Of a DNA stretch of 64,000 nucleotides, positions 22,601 to 35,400 are shown piece after piece. Under the pieces are notes generated by a model. That model was given only the letters and a program-made list of their open reading frames with translations, was not told the origin of the DNA and did not search any database. Within the stretch, counting starts at the first letter, position 1. Each line of letters starts with the position of its first letter. Source of the stretch: Klebsormidium nitens (lineage: Eukaryota > Plantae > Klebsormidiophyceae); the NCBI GenBank assembly GCA_000708835.1, contig DF237045.1, forward strand, positions 124,001-188,000, given 5' to 3'. Both the position numbers and the translations under genes were made by a program.

Positions 22601-25600
22601 GTATGCCCTCAGAATACTCATTCACAGGGGAAGGAGAAGAATGGGTAACCTACCGGAGCATAGTTGCTGATGGTCTTCACGCCCCCCGAGCCCCCCGGGC
22701 TCGCCCTCTTGAAGACCTCTTCTACGTACAAGTCCAAGGGAGACATTTGCCCAGTCTGTGACGGGGTGTGACGTTTGTTAAAAGCGTTGTCGAGACAGCA
22801 GAAAAGGCTCAAGACGGCTGTCCTATCGAGCATGTCTACAAACTTCAAGGGGGACAGCTGACCAGTCTCTACCGGAATATACAGCTTGTCAGTAGCGCGT
22901 TTGTTACAGCAGGGGACGCGGTCCTGTCTGGGAAACACGCGCAGTCGAAGCGACAACAAAAGCCACTACGGCCGGGTAGAGGGGGCCACTCCGTCTATGA
23001 CCAAGTTATCAGCAGCGCGCTTCCTATCCGAAAGGCCACCTTGAGGATACGTTTCACAGGCAGCACAAGCTCAGTCTCGGCTTTCAGGATCGACGGATTG
23101 GATGTGAACAAGCTCATCCTATAGTGGACCTTTCCTATGGATGAGAAACAGCAACAGCCCAAAACCAGCTTTTCGCAAATCCTCTTCTCTGGACAATCTT
23201 TCCTGTATTTGATAAGATGAGGGCGACCTGCTTGACCAGATCAAAGCTCGCAAACGAGACTTTTAGCGACAAAAAGCACTATCCTCACCTTGAAATACGA
23301 CCCCACTGGCGACACAAACACGAGGAACGTGAACTCGGGCGCCGGCGCGAGCCCCAGCACCGCGCCCGTCCCAATCAGCAGCGGCCGAATGTAAAGGGAT
23401 CCCTTTCCGTACGGCGGAATCCACGCTTCGTTCGCCAGGACGGTCTGCTTGACGGCGTCTAGAAAGAGGTCCTTCGGCGGAGCCGGCATGCTCATGCGCC
23501 CGGCGCCGTAGGTCATGCGTGCCGCATTCTCCTCGGGACGGAAGAGGAGAATACGCCCGTCGGCGGTGCGGCTGGCTTTGAGGCCCTCAAACACGCCCTG
23601 AGAACACGGGGTCACGCTGAGTGTTGAATGACGAAGGACTGGCTTCTTTTTGCTGTCGCACTTTGCATTGTATCCGTCCCATGTTAGAAGAAAGATCAAC
23701 GGGTTTTGAAGGGCTCAGAAATGCGGGCAATCTGGAGGAAACAGTGCGCACAGGAGCGCCAACTGTGACTCGTTGCTTATCGGAAACAACTTAGACAGGA
23801 AAATGCTCGTCGTGAATGAAGTTTCTCGAAGAGAAACCTGTATGATGGTGGCAGGGTTGCAGGGGGCCGGGTCTGGCGGCCAAACGAGGTCGCAAGCAAA
23901 GTGGTTTTCATGAGTCTTAAAAGGAACCAGCAGTGCCGTCAATAGAGGCCGCCCAACCAAGGCCATCTGAAGATCGTCCCATCACTCCCAGAAGTACCTT
24001 GGCGAGACCCGAAAACCTTGCGTTCACTCCCGCCTTCAGCTCACTCCTTTATTCGGTTTTCACAACAGCCATCAACATGCTCGTGATCATCCGTGCTTTC
24101 CCTGTGTTGTCTTTCTCTGGCCTCTCTGCAGCGCACTGATCATCTGCAAGTTCCTTCTTTCACCATCAGCTACGGCGCTCACCTGGCCGTAATTCAGCAC
24201 CGCAGCTGAGGGGCTCATCGTCATATTTCCGAATGGTCGCAAGGAGCCCCGCCACTCTTCCGTCCCTAGTTGGCATGTCGCCACATACATGTAGTCCGTA
24301 TCCCGGATTCCGAAGCCGATGTTATCCCAGTCAATGTCTACTGTCGATTTACTGCAGCAGATTTGGACCTCCATGAGTCAAAAGTAGGAGGAGGGCCCAC
24401 GCTAGCCACCGGAATGGAGGGGCAATAAGTTTCCTACCGCATGAGGATGCATTCAATCCTGGAACCAGTGTTGATAGTGAAGTGGAGCTGGACTTCCTTC
24501 ATCCTACAAAAAGTAAGCTTTTCACATCCAAAACATGCCAAGTCTAATTGAGGACATCACGAGCATGCCCACCGTTCCGAAGCTGTGTGGCAGAGCCTCA
24601 CAATCATCACCGCTATTTACGGCCCACCGACTAATCATCTATGCGAACGGCCCGCAGACATGTCTTTGCACTGACAGGGATGAAGACAAAGAGCCTCCTC
24701 CAAAGCACCCAGCCAAATAACTGGCAACACAGACAAAACCTTTCTTGGATCTACACTTAACCGCCAGCCCCTACTCACGAACGAATTGCTGAACGCTGAG
24801 CAAGCACTTGATCATGTCACCAATCACTACATTATATATCCACCGTAATGCAATAATGGCAGGACTCCAGTAACTGGCAATCTTTCCAACACAAGCTGCA
24901 CATCCACATCGAAGTTCGAAGTCCAACTTCAGCGAACGAGACTCGCGGCATACCTAGTAGGAGCAGCGACAGCGGATGCTGCAGCCGCAGGCGTGCGAAT
25001 ATCTGCCCTGGCGCCTTGCAATCTCGTACCTTCTTGGTTCCATGGCAAAGCCTAGACAAGGGAAAGAACCGCCATAGTCTCAGCTTTGAAAACTCAACAG
25101 CATGCATGCACTGAAGCGTATGTGCACCAACCATTTGAGCCCCAACAATATCATGGTCCTTCAGAAACTGGCATTGAGACCCATCAGCATCATTTACTTG
25201 ATGAGTGAAAGTCAAAAGCTCAGACGAAGCTGATAAGGAGATATGCGCGCCAACAACAACCATGATCAAGCGGGACTTTGAGATCAGGATCACGATGAAG
25301 CACGCCGCGGAAGGTGAATACCAGAGCGGGGGACACCAGAGTGCTTGATCCGCTTTTTGCTCCACAAAAGTCACCAACTTTCTAAAACCCTAATTTACCA
25401 GCTGAGGCCAAGGTGATTGGTTTCAAGCTCTGCGGCGACTGATCCAGTGCAATGCACCAAATTCATTCTCTTGTAATCCGTGTCTCGTTTGACTTCTCGT
25501 CACCTAGACCATTACCAACTTTGTGCTCCGAACCTTATTAGTTGAGGGTGTCGAATAAAAGTTATGCAGAAAGCCAGTGTTTCCACAAATCAAAAGAGAG

Positions 25601-25912
25601 ATTGTGTCACATTCACATCCGATGAAGATTAATATCATAAAAAGCAAGATCTGGAAGCACTCATATCAGGACCTGTACAGGTAATCTTACCTGCAAACAC
25701 GACCGAAGCTCCGAAGCCCCCTGGCCTGAGATCAGCAACCTCGAACTTTTCAATCGCAACCTTTCTGACGGCATTTGAGATTGGTGCGCCCGTGTTTCCA
25801 TGATGAGGGGGCTTGCAAAGCAACTAGATGTGCCTGCATTTGATGTATCTATGCGCCCCTGCGCCGGAATGTGCAATGAGGCGCTGGCCCCATGACATAA
25901 AGAAGACGCCAT
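19660..25912 (-). CDS. BCAT: Branched-chain amino acid aminotransferase (PLP fold type IV) with N-terminal organellar transit peptide, ~447 aa
   Basis: Exons 25691-25912, 24954-25051, 24183-24351, 23289-23597, 22654-22755, 21420-21536, 20507-20715, 19660-19777 (1344 nt, in phase). Motifs [43 protein letters not shown] (PLP lysine), [31 protein letters not shown]. Confidence 0.95.
20680..21010 (-). repeat. Intronic copies of a BCAT acceptor + exon start
   Basis: 20833-20872 is identical over 40 bp to 20680-20719, which spans the functional acceptor at 20716. A degenerate third copy (ctcgggggtcacaatg) lies near 20990-21005. Confidence 0.85.
21966..22465. mobile_element. 500-bp non-autonomous DNA transposon (MITE), PIF/Harbinger (Tourist)-like, in a BCAT intron
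   Basis: TIR CGGCCTTTTCACAAG at 21966-21980 with its exact reverse complement at 22451-22465. TTA target-site duplication at 21963-21965 and 22466-22468. Subterminal ccggagtttgaccggagttc repeats at both ends and a 30-bp perfect palindrome at 22297-22326. No coding capacity. Confidence 0.85.
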
Positions 25913-26439
25913 ACGTGGCTTCTGCCGCTGCTTTCCTATTTAACTACTCAACAAATTGACTCTGATTTGGAAGTGCCAGATTCCTGCTTACAGTCAAAGC
26001 CTCCTTCGAACCTGCTTGTGGAGCCTCCCTCGCGCAGTCCTGAGGCTGAGAACAAAGCAAACTTGAAAGGGAGCAAATTTGTGGGAGAATCGATCACATG
26101 CGGTGACTCGTGAGCGTTGGCCTGAGCAAGCAAATGAATGAGCAAGTGTCGAGCAAACAAATTGAAGGGGCCGCTGAGGACGTTCCAAGACGTTACCGGT
26201 GAAAGTGTAGGGTTACCGTTGCGTGACCAGATGTTTGGCTTTGCCACTTGCTTCAAGCTGTTGAATCCTGCTGAGCAGTCGATGTGCCTGTAAGTTTGAT
26301 AGCTTGTGGACACCTAGGATCCTACCTACTAGCCTGTTCCGCAAGGGTGAAGGCCCGTCAACGCCAAAGGTTGCGAGAGTCGATACCCAACTCGATGATA
26401 GGTATATTTCTCGATGTAGTGAACAGCAAGCCCAGTGAA

Positions 26440-27460
26440 CAGTAAGCATTTTGGGGTTACTAAAAACCCTAACCTAAGGAAACACCCGCTCCGCACCCGT
26501 ACCCACCCTAACCCCCTAATCAGCCCTACCCGTCTCCGTTACTGTTCACTGGCTGTTACTGTTCACTACGTCGATCGGAATCTCGATGATCTGTTCCTGC
26601 ACTGTGCAGCATCCAGATTGCATGCCTGCGCAGTGCGCACTGCGCAGTAAATGCGTGCATTATTGGCGAGCAAGCAAGTCAAGCCCGGCAGGTATGCCCC
26701 GGCCACCGCATCACAGGCCGGTCGCGAGAGTCGAAAGTTGAAACCATATGCAGAAGTTGAACCTGAAAATAACCCAGCTATTAAACCAGATTCGGCCAGC
26801 CAGCCCGCCCGCCCGCCCCATTGAACAACCTAACAGTGACCCGTCCTTTTAATCGGCCCCTAAATATTGTAATCTAGGTAGGCGCCGTACCAATTGCCAG
26901 GTCACGCCCCGGTTGAAAATCCTTCAAGGGGGTGTGCACTGTGCATGATGTGCATGCAAGGCCCACTCGGGACATGCCAGCTGTCAAAGTGACAACTCGT
27001 TGGAAAAGCAGGCTTGCTGCCAGTGCCGCAAGTACGACAAAGCATTCTCCTTTTATTAGTGTCTCAGACTTCTAAAAGTGTGAAAACTCTTCACACGCTC
27101 CTTTATTGGCTCTCAAGGTGTCCGCGTGGATCAAATTGTCAGATCAGGTCCTTTGATCAAATTTCCGTCAGAGTTGTCAGATTTACCGTACAGTTTGCGG
27201 TACGGCTCCGGTACAGATGGGGACCGGGTCAGAGGAAGTGGCTACATACACTAAACCAAAAGTACTCTGCCCGGTTGTCACTGTCAGTGAGTAACCCTAA
27301 TGTCACTAGGAAATGACGTAACCCTAACAAAACGCTAGTCGATTGCCACGAACCGTTACAGGTTTGCAACATAACCCTAATATCCTAGTGAGAGCCCCGG
27401 TCACTGTCAATGTCAATGTCAATGTCATTGTCACTTGTCAGCGTCACTGTCACTGTCCTA
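26440..27460. promoter_or_regulatory. Divergent promoter region shared by BCAT (-) and the SPX-RING gene (+)
   Basis: Lies between head-to-head genes. Contains telo-box-like AAACCCTAA (26464, 27373), GC boxes (~26805), a 22-bp perfect palindrome (26626-26647) and a TGTCA(A/C) hexamer run (27401-27457). No TSS data. Confidence 0.45.
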
Positions 27461-27872
27461 ACCACAGCCCGTAACCACTGCCAGACTCGTGACTCCGATG
27501 ACTTCAGGTGTTTGAGTGTGCTTTACACCTATTTGGCGGGGCGGAGACACTAATAAAAGGAGAATGCTTTGATGCTTTTGCGCTAGTGCCAGCTCCAGGC
27601 TGAGCTCTTTCGAGTCTTTGCTGTGGTTGTCAAGTTTGAACAGGTGCCGTACCTAGATGCGCAGCAAAGGCGCACAGACAGCCTGCCTCACGGCTTCGAT
27701 GTTGCCGCCAAGTATTCCCATCTTCACCACTCGGCATCTGCATCTGAGCTCTACACGCCTCCTCCCACTTTTCTTTCCTTGAGCTTAAATTCCACAAAGA
27801 CTGAGCTTAAACACCACTTAGAGTAACAGCCAATTTATTTGAGCAGGACCTTTACACGGAACGTTCGCAGAA

Positions 27873-30800
27873 ATGAAGTTTGGCAGCCAATTCCAGTGGT
27901 TCCTCCAATCGCAGATTAGCGGGGAGTACCGTGCACACTGTCTTCAGTACAAATCATTGAAGAAGCAGCTCTCTCCGTGCCGAAGGCGCGACCCTTCCGC
28001 TCCCCCTCCCCATGGTTCTCCATCTGTGTGGGACTCCTACAGGCCCGTGCGCGCTCATTGCGATAGCTGTGACGTTCATTTCTGGTCCAATGTTGGTAAA
28101 GAAGTCAAGGATATCAGTGCATTCTTCACAAAACGAGCGGCGTTTCTACTCCAAGAGCATGGCGTTTCGCCGGTGTATGACGCGCAGCACCGGTGGTTTG
28201 CTTGCTTTTTGGGGGATGGGTGCAGGGGTCATGCGCATGAGCAGGTTGTGGATGCTGAGCTGGCGGGGGAGGCACGTCAGCTCATTCAGTTCGCTAAGGC
28301 CAACACAATGGCGCTCAGGAAAATATTGAAGAAGTACGATAAGCTTCACCGAACAGGTGCGTATTTATGGGACTTCTGGGATATGTGCCTGGCTTCCAAT
28401 GAACAAGTGTTGCAGGTTAGTGCACCATATGATGCAACCCTTACTTTTCTCTCCTGCATTCGGCAGGTCTCTGAAGTCAAGTGTTTGCATTCACCTTGCG
28501 TTGGCCTCCTCGTTGATGAAGCAATCATCTGAACTCAAAAAGGACTGCTCTTCCGAAAACACCAGCGCATCTGGCCCTCTCTGCCCTTTTAAGCCGTTGA
28601 ATTAGGTGGTGCACGTGCTCATCTGCTTATTCTGCACTGCCCCGGCCCTCCAAAGTCAGCTTCCTTGTCAGAGTTCCACTCTGTTGATTCTACAAACAGA
28701 TGAGGAGCATATTGCTCATGGTCCTGGCCACACTGTCAACTGGTGTACAAAAAGGGAACGACGCTCCCAGTGAAATTTGCCAGGAAGCAGTCTTCATGCG
28801 CCGTAACCTTCTAGGCTTCAAGGGAATGGTCCGCAGATACTGCAGCGTTTCCCATGATCAACACGGAGATCATACGTTGGTATCTTGTATTCTCCTTCAT
28901 CTTCTTCACACCTCGGCAAGGCATTGATCTGCTTGATCTGCATCAGCATCTGAAGCACTCTGTCCCCTTTACCCTGGCAGGAGCCGGCAAGGAGTTTATG
29001 CAGCGGTTGTTGCGCAAGGAGCACGGCAACAGCTTCTTCACGCAGCGCTTCCTTTTACATGAGCTCACGGCGCTACACTCCAGTCTCGGCGAGGAGAAGA
29101 CAAGTGATGCCGCTATTGGCCGGGAGCAGAGGCACAAGTGCGCTGAGCTCTTACAGGCGGTACGTCTCTCGTTGACAGATGCGGGTACGGAGGCGAGGTT
29201 GCCAGGGCCATATGCGCTGGACTTGCATTGCAGCGTGTGCCTGGTGAGGCTTCACGCTGCATAGTTCCCCTTTCTGCGCTGATTGCGTGTGTGCACCAGT
29301 AGTACCATCTGGAAATCGAATGGTCAGGGGCCTCTGTAGCTTGGTGTCGCATGGTTTTCCCCTAGTCAGGAGGTTATGTGTTCCAATCTCCCCATTTGGA
29401 TGGAGTCGGTTATCTTAGTCAAGTAGGAGTGCCTCATGGGAAACCCTTGTGCTGATTATGAAGAACCCAGTCTGACATGGAAACGTTCTGGCTTTTTGGA
29501 AGCCCTGTTCTCGTTTTGCCCCTCCGCATCTGGCAAGGCCTGTCGTAGGATGCCATTGTTGTGAAGGGTGATCTCTGAACCGGAATAAACACTGCGATAA
29601 GACTTTTCAGCGCTTGGAGTTCCGACTCTGGATTCTGCTTGGGAATTGCGTTTATACTGAGGTCAGTTCGCCGCAATCAACTCATCGTACACGTGGATCA
29701 GTTTCAGAAGGCGAGGCAATCGTTTTGTTTACCTCCTGCAGTACTCTCGAGACCTCTGCAATTACATTATCGAAGACAGGATTGGCCCCTCCTTAATACG
29801 TCGAAAAGCTTCAATCCAACCACATGCGATGTCCATTGCTGACTCCGCATTCCTGCTCTTGGTGCAGGAGGTCTTCGTGGATCCAATGGGGCTCAAGTGC
29901 GGGCACGTGTTCTGCAAGTCATGCGCATGTCGAGTAGCCAGAATCCACCCCCTGAACCCCAAGGGTCTGAAGGTGGCTCTGAAAACCGCACGCTGCGCGA
30001 TATGCCGCCAGGTGAAAAGACCAGGGCTTCAGAACTTTAGTTCCATGCAACAGAACCTTAGTGCAGATGCTCCTTCGAGTTTTCGCAGAAGCACGAGAAA
30101 ACCTGGGGTGCACAAGATTTGAGGTTTCCGGCGATCTCAAGTCGCTCAGCAGAATCATGATTTATATTTCGGTTTGCATAGCGAGCACTCTTGGGAGTGC
30201 TGTGTTGAGGATGGTTATCATTAAAAGAGACAAGGCCTGCCAAGCATCACAAAGGCTGCAATTGATGCATCTCTTACTCTTTGTCCGTCAACGGAAGGCT
30301 TTTGATTTCGCAGCTCAACCCCCCGCAAGACTCACATACTAACATTCTGATTTGTCCGACCGATTCACAACTTGGTACAGCTGTACGGCAAACGTTGACA
30401 TAGCCCCAAATGCTTATCAGGCTCTTGTGTTGCAGGCTGACGTGTACCAGAAGGCCGTTCCGCTCCCTGAGGTTGGAGAGCTCGTGAAGAAGAGGTCAGT
30501 CACATTATTCGCGTCTGCGGGTCTCTGGCTGTTTGATGTGCTCTCTTACACTAATGCAACGAGGCTACATCCGTCTGCAAATTCGCAATAAGTAAAGGGC
30601 TAAACAGTGAAGGTTGTCAGTTTGCAGTGTCTATGGTCGTAAATGAGTCCAAAAATGAAGTCCTTATCCACGTTCATTCCCTGTCGACTAGGGTCTGCCT
30701 AGGTCCGCGACTGCAGAAAAGCTGGTAAAGATGCACAATGTCTTCGCACAGCTTCTGGTGGTAATGTATTTTTGTGCATTTCAGGTTTCCAAAGGAGTGG

Positions 30801-30893
30801 AAGGAACGCGAGCTTCAGGACAGGCAGATCTTACCATACAAGGCCGATTCACGCCTTGACGGTTACATCCAAGCGCCCCAGCGCGCCCTGTAA
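27873..30893 (+). CDS. NLA: SPX-RING E3 ubiquitin ligase, NLA/BAH1-like, ~352 aa
   Basis: Exons 27873-28356, 28981-29243, 29868-30011, 30436-30494, 30785-30893 (1059 nt, in phase). SPX motifs MKFG, QYKSLKKQL, ALRKILKKYDK. C3HC4 RING [28 protein letters not shown]...ARCAICRQ. Confidence 0.88.
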
Positions 30894-32485
30894 CTAGTTT
30901 CAGCAGAGAAGCCTTGCTGTAGTGTCGTGTTTCCAGCTGAAACTTCGCATGGGGGCAGCATGGCGGCTGTCCTCTTTGACTAGCGAAGTTGGCACTGCAA
31001 CATTGGGTCACTTAGTCTAGGATAGCAGATCGGAACACTGTACTAATGTAGCAAAAGTGTAAAGTAGCTTATAGTCTTGGCTTCAAGCATCGGAGCTCCA
31101 AGCTAGACCTGCTTTCAGTCCGAGCTTAGGAGAACTTTGGGAATAAGATAGCTGGCTAATCTGTATAGACAAGCTGCCAGTTGTTAGCGGGTAGCTAGGG
31201 CATCGATCTCAGGTCTGCATGTAGGGAGTGGGATTGTGGATTGTAGACAAGTTGAAGCAAGATTGGGATAAGGCTCGCAAAGGGCAGAACGAGTCTGAAG
31301 TTACGAAGCGTTCAACCATTAGGGATACTACACGATCTTATGGTGGCAAACGCCCCCAGCTGCTTTGCCAGCCCGGTTCGACACCAAGAGGAAGAGAGGA
31401 CTGATATCCCATTCCGATGCAGGCTCAAGAGCGCCGGTCCATTTTCAAGCTGCGAGGCCTGGCAAGTGAACCTTGCCAGTTAAATCAACTGAACGATCCC
31501 GCCATGCCACACCGCTGCGCTACAAACAAGGCGAGGCTGAGGCCTGAAACTTAGTAGTGCCCCGGTCATGAAGCGAAAGGCCGTAGCTTCTCGTTGGCCG
31601 AAGGGCCGGCTAGCTGTTGATCTACATCGGCTTGTTATGAGTCATGATCTGTACGTGCAGGCGTGCCATGATATGCATGGAGGCTTGCGGTTCGAGACAA
31701 TGATTGGCGTGCACCATATATGGTGCAACCCATGGCGCACAATTAAAAGGATCGGATACACGTCAGTTGAATATGAAGTTTTTTTATAGTTGACCGAGTT
31801 TTAAACATGACGGCTAGCCTCCCATGTAAGTTCGTATATCATTGCAGACGGTTGTTCCTACGTGACCGTGAAGAAACGTTGAACGTTCCTGACAATGATC
31901 CGGATCCTTTGCCACAACAGTAAGCTAGATATGTTTCATTGCACGCACCGAGTTCATATAGTACCTGGGAAGTTGAAGTATACGCACGCGACGAAATGTT
32001 GTTGAAAAAATGCGCATGCCCAGGGTACGCCTTTGATTCGATATCAGCGAGGGCCCTTTGGAGCAGAGGTTTAACGGGCGGAGGCGAGTCACATCATCGA
32101 TCAGGCTTGCCAACATGACCTGCGACTACAGAGAAAGACACGAGCTAGTCACGTACACACTGAGTGACACATATATGCAGTCAATAAAACTAAAGACCGT
32201 CTTGTTTCAGGGATGTATAAAGTCCGTCTATGCTAAGTTCTCTCTTTAGCCCTTATTTAATGACGGCTTCCGACACTCAACACCTCTGTATAAAAGGTAG
32301 ATTAGATGACAGACACTATCTAAGTCTGATTACTTCAGACCTTTCTACGTAGTATCACACTTGTGCGGACACATATTAGCAGATTGCCATGACTTCTTCA
32401 AGATAAACTCTCTGCTTATCTAAATAGCAACACTACTTTCACATCATGGGGCCCGTACAGTCAAGCTAGTTTCGCTGGATGCCGG

Positions 32486-35400
32486 TCAAGTCTCCTGGAA
32501 CTCGAAGACCTGCACCACGGTCACCCCTTCCGTTCCGTTGCACTCCGCCAGGAACGGAAGGAGCCGCCAGATCCGGACGGCCAGAATGACGTGCTCCTCC
32601 GCATCTTCCTTCTTTGGGGAGTGTACGTCCGGATAAGTGAACGAAAAGACGAGCTCGCAGCCGTCTTGGCGCGCGGCCCACGCGCGCGCAGCGGGCGACG
32701 CGACGCGCAGCTCGACTTGACACGTGGCGTCGTACAGGCAGCTGATGGCCAGGAGGTGGATGCGAGGGCTGCCAAGAGACGATTCAATAGGGGTTTGGCA
32801 GCTGTTTTGTGGATCAGCGCTGTTTAAAGGATGCGCGGCGAAGGCCTGCCGAAAAGAAGTAATTTGGAGAAGCTCCGAAGAACTGATCTTGCTGACTTGA
32901 GTATTTCTAGTTTCGAATTCGTTTTGCGAGGACTGAGCGGAGTTTGGAGGCATTCAAGCGGCAAAAAGTCGGACATCAATCTGCTTGAACAAGAATGGTC
33001 GAAAAAGCACTATAAGCACTTCGCGGAAACCCGGAGTGAAGTATTCAGCCCACGTGCACTCAATCAAACTGGCAAGTCGTACACGGAAGCACAAGAAGAC
33101 CCCTCCAAAAATGCAATGAGCAAACAATCCTGTGGCCAAAGTAATCGTTCTTCTGGCGAAACATGCGGTAGAGTTTCGACGCGGAACGAGAGCCAGTTCC
33201 TTGGCAAAATTCAAGCTTTTTTCCGCACCAATCAAAGCGTTCTTTGTTGAACATCACGAGCTACCTGCGAGTCAAAAATGGAGTGACGACACCCCCCACC
33301 CCCAAACTCACTCTGTCATGGATGAGAGCTCCTTGAGAATCTCGGTGAAGGGCACGTGCTTCGGGACGCGCATCACGAGCAGCGGCACCTTCGCGGCCGC
33401 CGAAACTCCCAAACCCTCCAGCCTTTGCGCGAGCGCGCCCGGGATGCTCTCCCAGGGGACGTCCAGAACGTGACACGTGGCGGACGGGTGGAGGCCCGCG
33501 AGCGTCTCGTCCAAAGGCGCGCGGGCGGCGCTCGCGCGTGCTAGCGCACCGCTTCGGAACTGCCCGCTTGGTTCCAACCGGTCACTCTCGGCTTGCGAAT
33601 GGGCGTCACTGAAACGCCGCCCGTCTATCCTCAGCTGGTTATCCTCCAATTGAAGTTGGGCGGATCCCGCCGGAGGTGGAATAGTCCGGTCGAGCACGAT
33701 TTCCCAGTGGCTTCCGTTGTCGAGCTGCGCGGTTGAAGCCGACCGGTCGATAGCGGCGTCGCTTTCGCTTTCTAGTGACGTGACGCTGACGTCACTCTGT
33801 TCGCTAAACTGGGCGAACAGCAGGAGGTCCTCGTAATCCTCCGGGGTCGCCTCGCCGAGGCCGAGACGCAAGGGGAGCGCAAGCAACCACATCCGCACGG
33901 ATCAGAGTGACGTCAGCGTCACGTCAGCCGCAGGAGAGCAGATTGTCATGCGTTTGCAGCGGATATCTGTCTGGCCTGGTGGCCCGAACGGGTTTGTGGA
34001 TGTCATGGTTACCGGTGAAAAGAAGACAGGTTTGTAATATTGCCTCAGACAAGTAAAACCTACGAATCTCAACCAAATCCAGGGCTCATGTCCGTAGCCT
34101 GTAAACGAACTGTCCTCGAAGCAAGCGACTGAGCAGAGGAGGCGAGTCACATCCAAGATAACCCAATTGAACGTTTGGACGCACAATCTGGAAAACATTG
34201 TGGCCCTAAGCCCAGTTGAGACCAGGAAAAGTTGCAAGACAGGATACTCTCTTTAACCGTCCCCATTCAAGCCCAATCTGTGAACGAGAGCAAAAGGAAG
34301 AAACGGTCTCATGTTGACAAGCAGGCACCAGTGGAACTGAGGACATAAAAACGAAGGTTGTCCCGTTTACCTGTCCGAACACGAACGTCAGGACCGCCCC
34401 GATGACGACCGCCATGTGGAAGCCCCGGTTCACGAGCACTCCGTGCGCGACGCCGTGCGCGCGCGCGGCGGCCGCGGCCTCGGCCGCGCACACGCGCCAG
34501 TAGAGCGCCACGTGGCGCATGAAGGGGAAGCGGAACCAGGCGGTGTGGTCCAGCGAAGCGGCGAACGATTTGGGCACGTGGACGAGCATCCACTCCGGGA
34601 GGCGGAAGAAGTTGAACGCGTGCGAGCCGCGGATTAGTCTCCGTTCGTACGCCAGAAGCCGTTCGTTTATCGCCGCGTCTAGTTGTCCGTATTCACCCAG
34701 GGCGCCCCCGGCCCACAGGTCCCGGTGTGAAAAGGCGCCTCTGGGTCGGACGTCCGCGGCCGCGGAGGCGACAAGCGAGAAGCGCTTATGCGGTGCCACG
34801 TGGCCGAGAAGCGCTTCTCCGCGCCCCGCCCCGAGCGGCTTCATGAAGCAGAACATGACGTCATCCGTGGGGTCCTTGGGGTCGTGTGCGCGCACCATGA
34901 GGTCGACGAAGCCGGCCGCGCGCGCGAGCGCACGCCAGGCGGCGAGCGGCCGGAACGCGCGCACTTCGGACGCTTCCTCGGACGCGGGGACGCCGGTGGC
35001 CGCGTTGAAGATGCTGTGGGCCAAATCGAGGAGAGGAACTAGATCGGGGGTCGCGTCGTGCTCCCTGCACAGACAAAAGAAAGCCCAATTCACGATCAGT
35101 GCTTGTCAAATCTTGACAGAGTTTGTTAGTTATAGTGGGGCCTGTCATGGGCGCGATTTGATGGTCCTTGTCTTAGGAGATACTAATTTGGCAGGCTTTT
35201 TTGTTCGTTTATAAGTACTGGAAGCAGATTCAAAAGAAAGAACTCGTCCAAATGTTGTAGATTTCGGAACGGCGCATTGGTAATCAGCGTAATCAACCTG
35301 ATAAGGCGCTGTCTTCGACTTTCACAAGATAGAGAGCTGGCTTCGAGATCCATACTTTTGATGCACAAGCATCTCATCCGGATAAGATTTGTTCGACCAA

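Noticed and set aside
28921-28980. Alternative upstream acceptor for SPX-RING exon 2 adding IDLLDLHQHLKHSVPFTLAG
   Set aside because: In phase, but the acceptor at 28980 has a better pyrimidine tract and matches the expected spacing after KYDK; cannot be excluded without RNA data.
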